Shown here piece after piece: positions 1 through 12,859 of a stretch of 64,000 nt of DNA. This DNA is from Oopsacas minuta (taxonomy: Eukaryota > Animalia > Porifera): positions 124,001 to 188,000 of the forward strand of contig JAKMXF010000306.1 in NCBI GenBank assembly GCA_024704765.1, written 5' to 3'. The notes beneath the pieces are model-generated. The model saw nothing but the letters and a program-made list of their open reading frames with translations. It was not told the origin of the DNA and searched no databases. How positions within the stretch are numbered: position 1 is the stretch's first letter; every line of letters starts with the position of its first letter. Made by a program: the position numbers and the translations under genes.

Positions 1-1150
1 AATTATCAAATCATTATTTTATAACAAGAATAAAATAAATATTTCTTGCTCAGTCTCAAAAATTATTCTAATTTGGATAACAAGCACAGTTGGCTACATG
101 AACACTTCGCTACACGAGTTGTCGAGTAGATTATAGATAATTTAGTGTATTGAACAATTTGGAATTAATTGTGTGGTAATGGTAGACAGACTTAACTGTT
201 GTAACGTATCTTGATATGAACTAGAGTCTAGTTCATTTCTACTTCATATCAATATAGTCTAGTTACTAGACCATCCTTATAGTAGTGTAGTAAGTAGTCT
301 TAATTGTTTTTTTAAACAATTTGCTTAAGATAACTACGAAAAGTAGAACTCTGGTAAGGCAGTACCCCCTAGGGAAACAAAATTTTCAGTACTATTTGAG
401 TGTACCTCTTATTCAAATATGTATTGAATTAGAATGGATGAGAACAAATTTTTGGACGAAAGAAGAACGTATTGACAGAGTTTACGTCTTACCCTAGTTC
501 TACTGTATTAAATATTTTTAGTTCGTGATTCCAACTTCAGCCAATATTTCGGTTTTAGGAGAAAAAATATACCCACAAATGTACAGGAGCTCTAGACAGG
601 ATGTAGCAATCTGTTTTCAAAACCTACCTACCTCCCTACATACATATTGTATTTTCGGAAACGAGCCTGGCAACAACAAAATATAGGTGTGAATTTATGA
701 CTTTTACGAAGCTATCAATTGCATTAATAGCTAAAGGTATATAGCTATGGCAACCACAAGTGTAAACCTTCGGAGAACACGATTATTCGCAAGCCACGTG
801 GCCAAGCAAGCAACCCTTGCTTGTTTATATGAAGCTTGTAGCTAACTGTTAGGGTAGCGAAGCATTACTCGACAAATCATTTTGCTTCGAGGTTTGAAAG
901 TTGCCTGAGAGTACTTTATCAATGCAACCTCGATTATCCGAACTCGTTGGGACTGGTTAAAAGCGTTTGCTAATCGAGAAAGTAATAGTTTGAGGATTTT
1001 GGTGACCATCACTACCAAACCACCTAATTTGCCGAGCACTGTAGTGAAGTGTCCATATTTCGTCATGATAGCATCTAATTTCTCCTCCAGGCTTCAGGGC
1101 TTTTATATATTGCGAGCCACATAAATTGATAGTCTACACCAATATATTAG

Positions 1151-1272
1151 CAAGGTTGCAACCGAATAATAATTGGCGAATAGTTCATTTTTCGGTTGCC
1201 AAACGAATGTCAGTATCTGGTTAGATTGCAATTTATAATTACTGATAATCGGTTCAATCGGTTTCAACCTTG
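1151..1272. mobile_element. Short hAT-like MITE (same family as 2050-2260)
   Basis: Ends CAAGGTTGCAACCGA ... TCGGTTTCAACCTTG form a 15-bp imperfect TIR with internal AACCGA/TCGGTT motifs; no TSD retained. Confidence 0.5.
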
Positions 1273-2049
1273 CAAATTCATAATATATGTGGGCACAAGT
1301 ACATGTATAACAATGATTCCGAAGTGTTTCAGTCAAGGAATTATGGTTAATTTATTTGAAAAGAAAATCCCAGATGACTATAATAGAATGTTGACCATTT
1401 ATGAGCTGAACAATTATGGAACAATTGTTCAAAAACATTTATTACCAAATAGATACGTATTAAACAAACATTAAACTCGGTTTCTACTATCGCTCTTTTC
1501 TGAACATATGATGAAGTAGAGTTAAAATACAAAGATAACTACGTATTTTTCCCCAATGTTTGATTGAGATTCTGGACTGAATAAAAATCTAATTACGCAT
1601 ATTACTGAATTGTTGTGGAAAGTTAAGATATATATCCTATAGATACTCACCCCCTCCGTGTCTCCTAGAGTTATGTAAATTTTTGGATGAAATTTTATTA
1701 CCTTAACTTCATGGGTCACAAATATAGACAAATAATTTTCAGATTCGAAGTCTCACTTTTTAGGCTGTCTTTTTAATAGAGAAGCGATCTTCTCATCAAG
1801 ACAAAAAATGATAGGTAAAAGTTTATATAATTATTCACAATTATGTTTTGTATAACGTCTAACACTACCGATTGATATTCATTTCATGTAAATCTGATGA
1901 CTACAAGTAAGACAAATTAGTGATTGAACTGACCCTGGTCGAATTTCCTGCTAAATTCACACTTGTCTCGGCTTGACATTTTTATTTCTCACTACATTTA
2001 CCTGCAAACAACTGTTAGTAAATACTTGTTTCGGCAATAATGTAGAATC

Positions 2050-2260
2050 CAAGGTTGAAACCGATCAAACCGAATATTAGCATCACGGATAGCAACAAAA
2101 CACTGATAATATTCGGTTTAATTCAGCTACCCAATACTACTGATAATATTCGGTTTGGACCAACCGAATACCGAATACTGATATCGGTTGGTAACCGAGT
2201 ATTAAAAATTTTTCGCAATATTATTCGGTTGAAACGAATATTGAACTATTGGTTGCCTTG
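2050..2260. mobile_element. hAT-type MITE, 211 bp
   Basis: Perfect 8-bp TSD GTAGAATC (2042-2049, 2261-2268); ends CAAGGTTGAAACC / GGTTGCCTTG; multiple internal ACCGAATA/TATTCGGT repeats. Confidence 0.75.
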
Positions 2261-2697
2261 GTAGAATCCAAGTTGTTACTATTAACTAAAAATATTTACC
2301 TTTAGGAGAGTGGTTCAAACACTACTTAATATACATAGTAGCACTTTTTAAAATGATGTACCGCAAATGTATGTATCAATAATTAGATAATCAGATCATG
2401 ACTTATATAGTCGAAACGTCCAGTTATAGTATTTTAATATTCAACTGTACTTCATTCAAAAATTTATCATCTATTTGGGGATTGTAAATTGGATCATAGA
2501 TCCTTTGTGAATTTAATGTCGGAACTGTGAAGCGATCATAAATTCAGCCAGGATCGGGAATGTACTGTTAAATATATTCAAATATACTATTGTAACTACG
2601 CTGTCAGCACGCTATGATTTTATTATAAGAACTTCTTTATTGTTATTTGATTTTTCTTTGTTTTTGCTCAGGATATTTTATCTACTTGGTCCTTACG

Positions 2698-4470
2698 ATG
2701 GCTCTCTCTGATTTCGGTTCTATATTAGTGAAACGCTATCAGTCAGAATTATTGTCAATATTAAGTCAATTCGATGCACCGATGGATCTTGTTTTGGAAA
2801 AAGAACTATCCTCATTTATTGACCAAATATCTCCTATACAGTTTCTCAAATCCCATGGCGTGGAAAAGATATTCTACCTAGAGCCTGAAATGAATGTAGG
2901 AAGTGACAAACGAGTTTATCTAATCCGCCCTATTGGTTCCAACATTAATAAAATTTGTAGACATGTGAATTACGATTTAGATCAGAACATTAATAGGAAT
3001 TATCTGATTATTTTTGTACCATTCAAGACAATTCTTTGTGAAGAGCTAATTGAATCTTATGCCTTGCTAGACTTCGTTGAATTACATGAGTGGCACATTG
3101 AACTAATACCTTTAGACTCTGATTTATTATCACTTGAGAGCTCTCACTCACTAAAAAATTATCTTATTAATGAATGTTCTTCAATGCCTCGCCTGGTAGC
3201 TTCTACTCTCTACACACTTTTTCAGGTCAATATCTCTAATCAGTTTCACTTACATTTATTAGGAGAACAAGCTGATAAAGTATTTCAAGTTTTCAATTAT
3301 TTAAAATCTATGCCACTCGCTAACAAACCTATCGTAAACCGATGCTACTTTACTGATGTAATTCTTGTAGATAGGAATATAGATCTAATAACTCCACTCC
3401 TCACGCAAATCTCTTATGAGGGACTTCTGGATGATATCTTTGGAGTTCAGCACGGGAGTGTGAACTTAACCGAGAAAGTAACTGGTAAATCTAAGCCTAC
3501 AAAACTAATGCTCAATTCTAATGACCCTACATATTCTCAAGTGAGAGGCTATCACATCTCATTTCTGTTTAGTTTTATCAAAGATCAATCGAAAAAACTT
3601 ATCTATAAATATGACAAGGGTCGCAAACAAACTAGTATTTCAGAAATGAAGTCATTTGTAAGTGAATTAAAAACACTGAAACCAATGGAACAGTCACTTG
3701 TGGTCCATCTATGTGCTTGCGAGTTTCTTAAAGATGTAAGATCCACTCCTATAAATCAAAAGCTACTTAGTTTAGAGCATGCATTACTAAGTAGAGAGCA
3801 ACTTGATGAAAAGGCATTGGTGAAATTTTTTGAAAGTCTATTATCCTTTCAAGTTAGCTGGAAAGACATATTACGATTACTTTGCCTCTATTCGTTACTT
3901 AATCCTGCTCCAACGAAAGAGAGGATTAAAATTCTTAATCATATAGAGAAACAATTCATCAGAGCACATGGTTGTGGTCACATTAATACAATACTCAACC
4001 TGCAAGAATTAGGTTTGTTAAATCCTCAAGATGAATATGTCCACATGTGTCAGATGGGAATCAAGAAATTGGGTCTCATCCCGAAAGTACATAAAACAGA
4101 TAGCGTAGACTTGTCTAATCCTATAGATACTTCTTTTGTGTTTGGAGGCGCATATAAGCCTCTCAGCTGTACAATAATTGAAAACTTTTTGAAACAAGGG
4201 AATTGGAAGTTAGGGAGTGAGTTACTTGCATCGATAAAATTTCGAATTACAACAAACTTAATCAGCAAATCAAAGTGTTTAGCTCCTGAAAAGTCAGGAA
4301 AAATGGCACATAAGCAGTATTTAGTTTTCTTTCTAGGGGGGTGTAGTTATTCTGAGGTCAATGCTATTCGATTCCTCGGAAATCAACTAGGGATTGAAAT
4401 TGGAATTGCAACTACGTCTATCCTCAATAGAGATTCTATTTTTCAATCCCTCGATGATTATATAGTTTAG
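2698..4470 (+). CDS. VPS33B: Vacuolar protein sorting 33B-like (Sec1/Munc18 family), intronless, about 590 aa from ATG MALSDF
   Basis: Motifs LIPLDSDLLSLE, DRNIDLITPLLTQISYEGLLDDIFG, FLGGCSYSEVNAIRFLG. The segment LGLIPK..DLSNPIDTSFVFGGAYKPLSC resembles animal VPS33B (MAYVFGGAYVPLSC) rather than VPS33A (YVYSGYAPLS). The ORF track start at 2647 is a TTG; the first ATG is at 2698. Confidence 0.88.
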   Translation: MALSDFGSILVKRYQSELLSILSQFDAPMDLVLEKELSSFIDQISPIQFLKSHGVEKIFYLEPEMNVGSDKRVYLIRPIGSNINKICRHVNYDLDQNINRNYLIIFVPFKTILCEELIESYALLDFVELHEWHIELIPLDSDLLSLESSHSLKNYLINECSSMPRLVASTLYTLFQVNISNQFHLHLLGEQADKVFQVFNYLKSMPLANKPIVNRCYFTDVILVDRNIDLITPLLTQISYEGLLDDIFGVQHGSVNLTEKVTGKSKPTKLMLNSNDPTYSQVRGYHISFLFSFIKDQSKKLIYKYDKGRKQTSISEMKSFVSELKTLKPMEQSLVVHLCACEFLKDVRSTPINQKLLSLEHALLSREQLDEKALVKFFESLLSFQVSWKDILRLLCLYSLLNPAPTKERIKILNHIEKQFIRAHGCGHINTILNLQELGLLNPQDEYVHMCQMGIKKLGLIPKVHKTDSVDLSNPIDTSFVFGGAYKPLSCTIIENFLKQGNWKLGSELLASIKFRITTNLISKSKCLAPEKSGKMAHKQYLVFFLGGCSYSEVNAIRFLGNQLGIEIGIATTSILNRDSIFQSLDDYIV

Positions 4471-5812
4471 CGGTAAAATCCTTAATCAGTGATTTATGTC
4501 TTTTATATAATAAATCTTGAGTAATATTTTTGTGAGGTCTAATTTTTCATTTATTACTAATCTCGACTCACTAAAGTTGATGATATGTAAATAATATCTA
4601 TACTATTAAAACGCGATTAATCTATCTACTAACGCTTAGGTTGCTAGGGCGCTCGCGACAGCTTTGTGTCTCAATTTTGCTTGAGTATGAAAGAGTTAAA
4701 TTTCTTGATGCTTCTGGTCACTACGCGACCGGCTATCATTGGCACTAGGTGCCTCATGGTTAATATTTACCGAAATTTTTGTTATCCATGGCCCATTTCC
4801 ATTTAATGGCCTTCTGTCGTAATACTTGAACTACGTATCCAAATGAATCCCAAAATCAATAAAATTCAATTCACATATATATTTTATGCCGAATCGGATC
4901 CAGCATGAAATTTCCTTTCATTTTGAAGATGTTTTTCCTAAGAAATTTCTAATGATATCAGCCAAGGGCCGATTTTTCCCTATAAGCGAGCTAATCTGTA
5001 CTTTTTTGTTGGGCTGGAAATTTGTCAAAAAATTTGTTTCATTGTGTAGAATTTTATTAGAAATTTATTGTTGATATTTGTCACTGATACTGCGCTCATT
5101 GATAGAATTAATTTCAGAACCTTCGAACAATACCGGCATTGCTCGACTTTTTTCTCAGTTTTTAACGCTCGAATAATTCTTATATATACTTTGAATGTAC
5201 TTCATCAAATACTCATCTAATGATGTTTACTTCAAAATCAAATAATTGTTATAAATTTTAGTTTCTAAATTGCAAAATGGGTAAAGTTCAACAACAATCT
5301 TTCGAATAAATTAGCTATAAGTAGGAGTTAGCTATTACTTGGCCGACTATATACTAGAGTATTGTGCCAGTTCTGAAATGAGCGCTTCTGGGATTTTTTA
5401 AGTGTACAAAGTTATATTAAATTTACTGACTGTAGATTTAAGTTAAGTTTCCTACTACATATCACGACACATTTATCCAACTTTTGAGCATTTATCCCAC
5501 TAGCAAATTTTATCAATATTTCTTTACCAAAATAAATTATTAAGATTCACAAAGAAATTATTCAGATAATAGCTCTTCAAAATTTTTGAAATCACTCTAT
5601 TTTCTCAAAAATTATATAATAGACGCCACTATGGCCTGAATAATATAGTGTTTATATAGCACTATGCTTTAACCTATAATTTTATTATTAAAATATCTGG
5701 AAATTTATTAATTATTTTATTTTTCAATATGCTTTTCAATGATACTGTAAAAAATTTTTATAGATTTTGTTCTATCTATTGAACAATTGAGTTAAACACT
5801 AGCCTTAAATTA

Positions 5813-8051
5813 CACTGCCCAACGAATTTTTAGCATTTTTTGCTTCTGGAATACACTAGTGTTTCTCATGTATTCAAGCACCCTGATTCCAAATATCCAA
5901 TCAGTATTTCTCTATCTGGTAACGATTTTGAAAAATTCAATATTTTGGTTTTATCATTGTCCCAGTGTATTCCTATAAATATATCTCTTTAGTTTGGCTA
6001 ATCAAATGCATACTTATGATTTAATTACAATGAAAATTGTCAATTGGTTTAGCATTTATTATACTACTTTAGAAATGCTTGGAATATGATTTTCTTTTGT
6101 ATGTGGCATCAGAAATATCTCTTTTTAGTGACCAACAATAATCAGCCATCATGTTTGGAGAGAATTTTCCATTGTAATGACTTTCCATTGTGCTTATATC
6201 TTGATGAAATCTTTCACCATGTTCATCACTCACAGCACCTATATTTTCCGGAAAGAATTGCAAATGTGAGTGAAGAAAGTGTATTTTTAGAGACATATTA
6301 CATCCCATTGTTCTGAATGTATCAAGTAGTGTCACAACAATTTCTTCATAAATTGGTGATTTCTTAGTTCCTAAAAAGTTCTCATTTAAAGATTTGAATG
6401 AATTCCATGCTGCTTTCTCGACAGAATTTAGACATGCTTCGAAGTTTAGATCCTTGAATAGTTCTCTAATTTGGGGACCTATAAATGTCCCTTCCTTGAT
6501 TTTAGCATCGCTGACCTTTGGAAATTTGTCCTTGAGGTATTTGAAACCTTCTCCTTCTTCATTGTATTTTACTATCGCCTTTACAAAGTTTTTCATCAAA
6601 CCCAGTTTTATGTGTAGAGGTGGTAATAGAATTTTCTCAGGATTTACTAAGGGCTGACAACTTACACTCTTTGTACCAGCAGTTAATTGATCTCGTAGTG
6701 ACCACTCCTTAACTATATAGTGGGATTGCCTTGCTCTACTATCCCACTCACAGAGGAAGCAACAATATATCGTGTATCCAGGTTGCATACCCAACAAAAG
6801 TCCAATTACCTTCAGATGACCACAGATGTGCCAATTGTAAGAGTCATATCTGATCAGTTTCAATAAGTTATCCATATTCTCATGAGACTCCTTCATGTGT
6901 ACTGAATGACCTATCGGTATGGATGGTAATACATTACCTTTGTGAAGTAAGACTGCCTTGAGGCTGTACTTAGAAGAATCAATGAAGAGACGCCACTCTG
7001 ATGGTTCGTGTTGAACACCTAATAACTCCATCACACGATCCACATTGTTACAATAACATAGAGACCCCTGCATTTCAAAATGTACAGAGAAATCACTTTG
7101 ACGGGTCCTGAAAAATGAAACTTTAGTTACCTCATCCAATAAGTTCCAACCTTTCAATCTTGACCCAAGCAATTCACTTTGATCTTTTGTCAAATTCAAG
7201 TCCCTAACCAAATCATTCAGCTCACTTTGATTAATGATGTCGGGAAGTCTTGTTTTATCAGGTGGTATAGGCAGAGGTATAAATTCCTCATCATCTTGAT
7301 CTAACATAGCATATTCAACAGTATCGTCATCAAAGGAAACTTTCTTAGGCTTAGGTACTTCGAATTCTGTAGAATGCTCAACAGGACGAATCGCAGATTG
7401 AAGATTGGGATAATATATATTCTTTTTGGTCTTAGAAGTGATTCCTTTTATATCAGTCAAACAGAAATAACAATCAGTATAATGATCTCTTGGTTCCCTC
7501 CATATCATGGGAATAGCAAATTACATTGAAGTACGTGAGCCATTTAGCCATTTACTAAGTCCTATTGCACATTTTGAACAACAAAAATGAGGTGCCCAAG
7601 GCTCATCTTGATCACCAATCTTGCAACCGAAATATTGCTCATATCCTTTGTATACAAGGGGAGACATGTCTCTCCGCTGAAATTTTGTAGTAAATTCTCC
7701 ACAAATATAACAGAAAGAATCGGTTGAGTTTGAACATCGACGAGACATTATTGAAAAGAAATAAATACAAATACGATCAGATAATCTCCTCTTGAAAGAG
7801 CAAGTAATATTCTATATATTTAAAGAAAATTTGAATTGTTAGACAATATATGCGGAAGGTATTAATACATATACAATTATACATTCTATAGAGATCTATG
7901 GAAGAATGATTTTGGAAAATTCTGAATTTTACAAAATCTCTGCCTGATAGAGAAAAACTGATTGGATATTTGGAATCAGTGTACTTGAATACATAAGAAA
8001 CATTACCGTGTAATCCAGAAGCAAAAAATGATGAAAATTTGTTGGACAGTG
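5813..8051 (-). mobile_element. Chapaev3-type (CMC superfamily) DNA transposon, full length, 2239 bp
   Basis: Imperfect TIR of about 140 bp: CACTGCCCAACGAATTTT / AAAATTTGTTGGACAGTG; TSD TTA on both sides; contains the transposase below. Confidence 0.85.
6069..7748 (-). pseudogene. Chapaev3 transposase with a single in-frame stop (TAA at 7521-7523)
   Basis: The two ORF-track ORFs are in one frame (SM*FAIPMIWREP). Motifs FCYICG, DHYTDCYFC, FIDSSKYSLKAVLLH, CFLCEWDSR, LPPLHIKLGLMKNFVKA, SDEHGERFHQDI, MMADYCW. Confidence 0.85.
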
Positions 8052-8596
8052 TTATTTATATTATATTTATGAATATATATATTTCAAATTAACAATGGAT
8101 CATTTACAAAAGATATATGTTTCCCTGATTATTTAACCTTTGAATAATCGTAGAAGATTGTCCCACAACGCAAAGGGAGCAATTCAATACGCTGAATCTG
8201 AATTCACACTCTTGAACTTGTATTGATCAAACCTCCTCCAATATTCCCTTCTAAGAATATTATTTAGTCAACTAATTATTACTGTAAACAAATTGAACGT
8301 TATATGGACTGGATAATCATAGTAAATTGTAAGATATTAATTGATTTTTATCCGAGTGGAGCGAGGATGAATATATAATTACAACCTGTGCCACAGCTTA
8401 AATTAGCAATTCAATTTGTTTTACAACTGGCAAGGATAGGTTTAATCCCAACGCACATAGTGCCTCCAATAATAGTGCCACAATTTAAACATATTTAATT
8501 AATAGACTAAGCCAAGGGTGCTCAAACGGTGGCCCGCGAGACCATGCGCTGTCGCCCGCGGATAATTCGCTTGTTTTCATTATCCATATATATATA

Positions 8597-9879
8597 CGTA
8601 GGGCACTCGAAAAGTTTGTCGTTTGTTATCAAACCACAAATAGTTTCTAATATGTTTATTTAATAACTATTTAGAAGCATATCATTTGCCTGCACAACAA
8701 ATTTCATTAGTATATCTTTTTACTTTTAGAATTGCTTGATTTCTCTAAGCTATGGCTTGTATTGTTCCTCAACCGGAATCTAACCTGACAAGACGCGATT
8801 TTCGAGCGATGATTTTAAATTTGTTTAAACGTGAGAAGAGCTGTTTGGAAATACACGAAACTTTACAGAAGCACTTTCCAAATATAGTTCCTTGTTTGAG
8901 ACGAGTAGAGCGATGGTACTCAGAGTTTCTTCATGAAAATTTTATTTTTGAAGATGGTCCTCGTCCTGGTAGGCCTAGCATTACACACACGGTCGACAGT
9001 GTAGAGTTAGTATTGGACGAAGTAACAAAAGATCCTCATGTTACTTAAGCTCAGTTAGAACATGAAACAAATTGTCATCGGGAGTATAAACGTCGTCTTA
9101 CGTAAAGAGCTCAGTCTTAAAAAGTTATGTGCACTTTGGACACCGAATTTTTTGTCGTGCGATCGCCGAGTGGATTGTGCAAAATTTTGCTTAAAAGATT
9201 TGCTAATGGAACTCCTAGAGCTGTTTCTGAATACTCACAGGCGATGAGACATGGTTATACCACTATGACCCAGAAACGAAGAGACAAACTAAGGAGGGGG
9301 TCGAAGAAGGTGGTTTACCCCCAACAAAGGTCCGTAGAATTAGCTCAGTCGGGAAGCAGATGTGGGTGATTTTTTTTAGACGTAGTGGATTTGTTGAAGG
9401 AATTGCACTTGAGGATAGGAAGACTGTTACCGCTGATTGGCATATAGCAATATGTCATCCCAAATACTAAGGACTATCCAATAACAACGTGAGAATTCAG
9501 GTGTCTGAGGAATTCTGCTTCACCATGATAATGCTTCATCGCATACAGCACTAAGAACTCGTGAGTTTTTAGAGAATTCTAATATCGGAACGCTTGCCCC
9601 CCACCCTACAGTCCAGACCTAGCCCTTTGCGATGTGGGGTATTCCCAAAGCTGAAAGATCAACTTGATGGGAGTAGATTTTTCAGTAATGAAGATTTGAT
9701 CGAGGCACTTTTCATAGCAATTGAGGAGATACCCATGGAAAATATGCTTTGGTACCTGGTTTCAACCGGTCAAAAAGTGTATAAAGTGTCAGAGCGAGTA
9801 TTTTGAAATTATGTGACCATATAGTATGTAATACCTATTATGTAAGTATATAAATGACATAAATTTCGAGTGGCCCTCG
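8597..9879 (+). mobile_element. mariner-like element (DD34D-type), degenerate, 1283 bp
   Basis: TA flanks; TIR CGTAGGGCACTCGAAA / TTTCGAGTGGCCCTCG; broken ORF with GPRPGRP, LCALWTP, YDPETKR, HHDNASSH, YSPDLALCD. Confidence 0.85.
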
Positions 9880-9967
9880 TACAGTAGAGTGACCTGCTTC
9901 AATCGTCAAATAAAAATTGTTTTTCTAAACACCATACAAAAATATCTATAGACACTCTACAAATGCA

Positions 9968-10200
9968 TCAATGTCGAAGACACTGCTCCAAATGTGAATC
10001 AGTGATGGTTGATCTAATTGTGGATTTTTTATGCTTCATGCGGGAGAACATCTGCTCGCATAAATGTGTTTCCAAAGAGTGAATTGATAGAATTCGTAAT
10101 TGCAAACTATAGTTGCCAAATACTGTATCCATACCAGTATCTGGCAACGACTGATATAGCAGCAGATATACGAAGAAATATGTACCAGCCAATTAAAGAT
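9968..10200 (-). pseudogene. hAT transposase C-terminal dimerisation-domain remnant (GTF2IRD2/EPM2AIP1-like group)
   Basis: THLCEQMFSRMKHKKSTIRSTITDSHLEQCLR matches the hATC consensus TYxCEQxFSxMKxxKSxxRSxLTDxHL. Confidence 0.75.
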
Positions 10201-10202
10201 TA

Positions 10203-10976
10203 AAAACGTGTTCAATTCAATCGTGTATTTGACCGACTTTCCGTATAGCTAGATAAGACAACTTGTTACGATTTGAAAGTATAGCATTGGTGGATTACGA
10301 AAATGTACTCAAGAATTGTAAAATATGCGTGTTGGCTTAGCATTGAAGTTTTGAAAATTTTCCATACATAGCAACTATAATGTGTTATGTGACCCTCATT
10401 ATTCCTTTGATACAAAATTTCTTCAACATACTATTGAGGGCTGGAGGATTATGTGTTTAAAATTTCTTTTAAAAATATTCTTTACTTTTTTAAATATTTT
10501 ATTTTGAAAAATTCAATGAAGAAGTTAGACTAGCGTCAGTTCAGTCACTAATTTGACTCACTTATACTCATCAGATTTAAACGAAATTAGTATCATTGGA
10601 AAGAGGAGAGTTGAGCGTTTTAAGCAATAGGTTTTGCTATTGACAACATTTACTTTTAGATACTTTTTTGGTTAAAATTTTTAGAGTCACGACTTCCTTG
10701 AATTTACCCATCTAACAGTCAGAATTCGATTCTGAAATTATATATGCATACTTTAGTGATATGACCGTTTATTAAAATTAAATTTAATCAAAATTTAATC
10801 AAGTCACGGGGCTAGAGGAATTTATATTTTAAGTTGGGAGTGAGAGTGGTAGGGGATTAATCATATTCTACATAAAGTAGGGCTAGTTCTAACTCATGTT
10901 TCTTACCCTAAATCCGACTGAATTTCAATTATTTTTCTGCTAGTTGATTGTTGAGATATAGACGGTTATAACAATA
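10203..10976 (+). repeat. Left arm of a 774-bp near-perfect inverted repeat
   Basis: Reverse complement of 16293-17066; only three mismatches found in the stretches compared by hand. Confidence 0.95.
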
Positions 10977-11529
10977 TCGATGTTTTCATGAAACATTAAA
11001 AATTATCACCAGCAACGGTGCAAAAAGCGATAAATTCTCAGGTTGTTTGTGTATTACGAATTCAAACTTTGATATCAATTCTTGAAGTTATTTCTCATCA
11101 CAACCCTTCAAAATTTATAGATACCTTCTTTCATATCTTATAATTCAATTTCCGTTAAAAAATCTGAGGGTCGCAAGTACTTTTTCTATGATTATTATAT
11201 GTATTTTAATTTTGGGGCTGCAGCATGTCAGATTTTGAAGTTTTCATTAGTTAGAAAAATTGAAGTTGGCATTTGTCAGAATGGACTTTTGAAATGGTAT
11301 CCAATTAGGATTCTGTAAGAATTCACATTTCGTCTACTGTTAAAATTTGTTAGTTATTCTTCACCTCGAGAAGGTAATATGTTGTATAATAATCAATTCG
11401 TTATCTATGTGGGTGCCAACAATTTCTTGTGAAGGATAAGGTTACACTACCGTGTACCTGTAAACACTAATTGACAATGGGATTGACTAGTATAAACCCT
11501 AATTCGAATTACCAGAGGTATATTCGAAA

Positions 11530-12397
11530 ATGGAATTCACAATACAAGAGTATAAACTTTCACTAGGTAAAGTTGTTACAACTCCAGATGGATACAACTA
11601 TATTCATTCAAAGATTCCCGAAGATTGTATCTATCTTAAATGCGCTTTATTCAGGTGTGGGTACAAAGGAACTAGTATACTAAATCGTTCGAGAAATTTA
11701 GTCACTCCGATGAATTCACATAATCATAGAGTTGATGATTATAATCCTGGGGTTTACCAGCTTAAGACAAGACGCAAAACTCTCGCTAAACATTTACAAA
11801 AGAATCTTAGGGAATTATTCAATGATGCAACCAGAAAGAATTCACATGCGGCTGATGCCTCATCTCTGGAATGCGAGTCAGTAATGTATCGCGCGAGAAG
11901 GACACTTCGTCCCAAAATCCCTTCTTCTGCTGTAGAGTTCTGTGCAATGTTAGCGACTTCCACTTTTGAAGATTATTATATATTTTCAGTAACACCAGGA
12001 ATTCAAACAGCCATAATATTCTATTCAGATGAAATGATCACAATACTCAATGAGACAGAGAACATCCAGTTTGATGGTACCTTTCAAACTGTCCCCATTC
12101 AGTTTTATCAACTATGGACAATATTTGTCGCTGTTGGTAAACATGCGATGCCTGCAATCTACTGTCTACTTATGTGTAAGAGTAAAGAACTATACTCGGC
12201 TATTTGAGAGAGCTAGTGTCACATGTGCCTCAATTTCAACCAATTGCATCCATGTCTGATTGGGAACCTACTGCTCGGAACGCTTTTAGAGAATATTATC
12301 CTCAAATGAAAGTACATGGGTGCTGGTTCCACTACACGCAAATAATTTGGGCAAAAACTCAGAAATTGGGACTGAGTCAAGAGTTTTAAGAACAACG
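11530..12397 (+). pseudogene. MULE (Mutator-like) transposase, 3' truncated
   Basis: N-terminal FLYWCH-like YLKC...HNH, then IQFDGTFQTVPIQFYQLWTI, PAIYCLL, MSDWEPTARNAF, VHGCWFHYTQ. A stop at 12205-12207 interrupts it, and it is cut off at about 12397. Confidence 0.85.
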
Positions 12398-12859
12398 CAC
12401 TACGGTGTGGCAAATGGCCATCATGGGGAAATAGGTAAATGAATCCATAATATCACCACAATTATACTTACATATACTAAATCGACACTGTAGATTTCAA
12501 AAATACCAATGATTTTTTAGTAGCAGGACTATAAAGCTAGTCATGCCATAATTACTAACATTTTCTAATTTTTAACACTTGTGGTTCATTAGTGAGGGTA
12601 TTATGATAGTTGATAATACATGCATGTCATGTCTCTGTTCTGCTATTTGATAACCTACAATTTAAAGACCCTTAATTATGTATGACTATTGGATCTACCT
12701 ATTATCATAAATTATCTGATAGGATACTATTATATAATATTTCTTGAAGGCTATTTGCAACGTCTATTTTCTTTTCTGCGTGCTTCAAACGATCCTACAC
12801 TAAGATGGGGTCACTACAACACAACAACCTGACTAAAATATCTCTAACATTATCTGTGA

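Noticed and set aside
842-1731. Several 60-90 aa ORFs upstream of VPS33B
   Set aside because: No motifs; they overlap a MITE and each other on both strands, consistent with chance ORFs.
2647-2697. 17-codon N-terminal extension of VPS33B from the ORF track
   Set aside because: It starts at TTG in low-complexity T-rich DNA; the first ATG at 2698 gives a normal-length protein.
4719-5660. CACTACG / CACTATGG motifs as Transib or Chapaev termini
   Set aside because: Both are on the same strand, with no inverted partner, TSD or coding remnant found.
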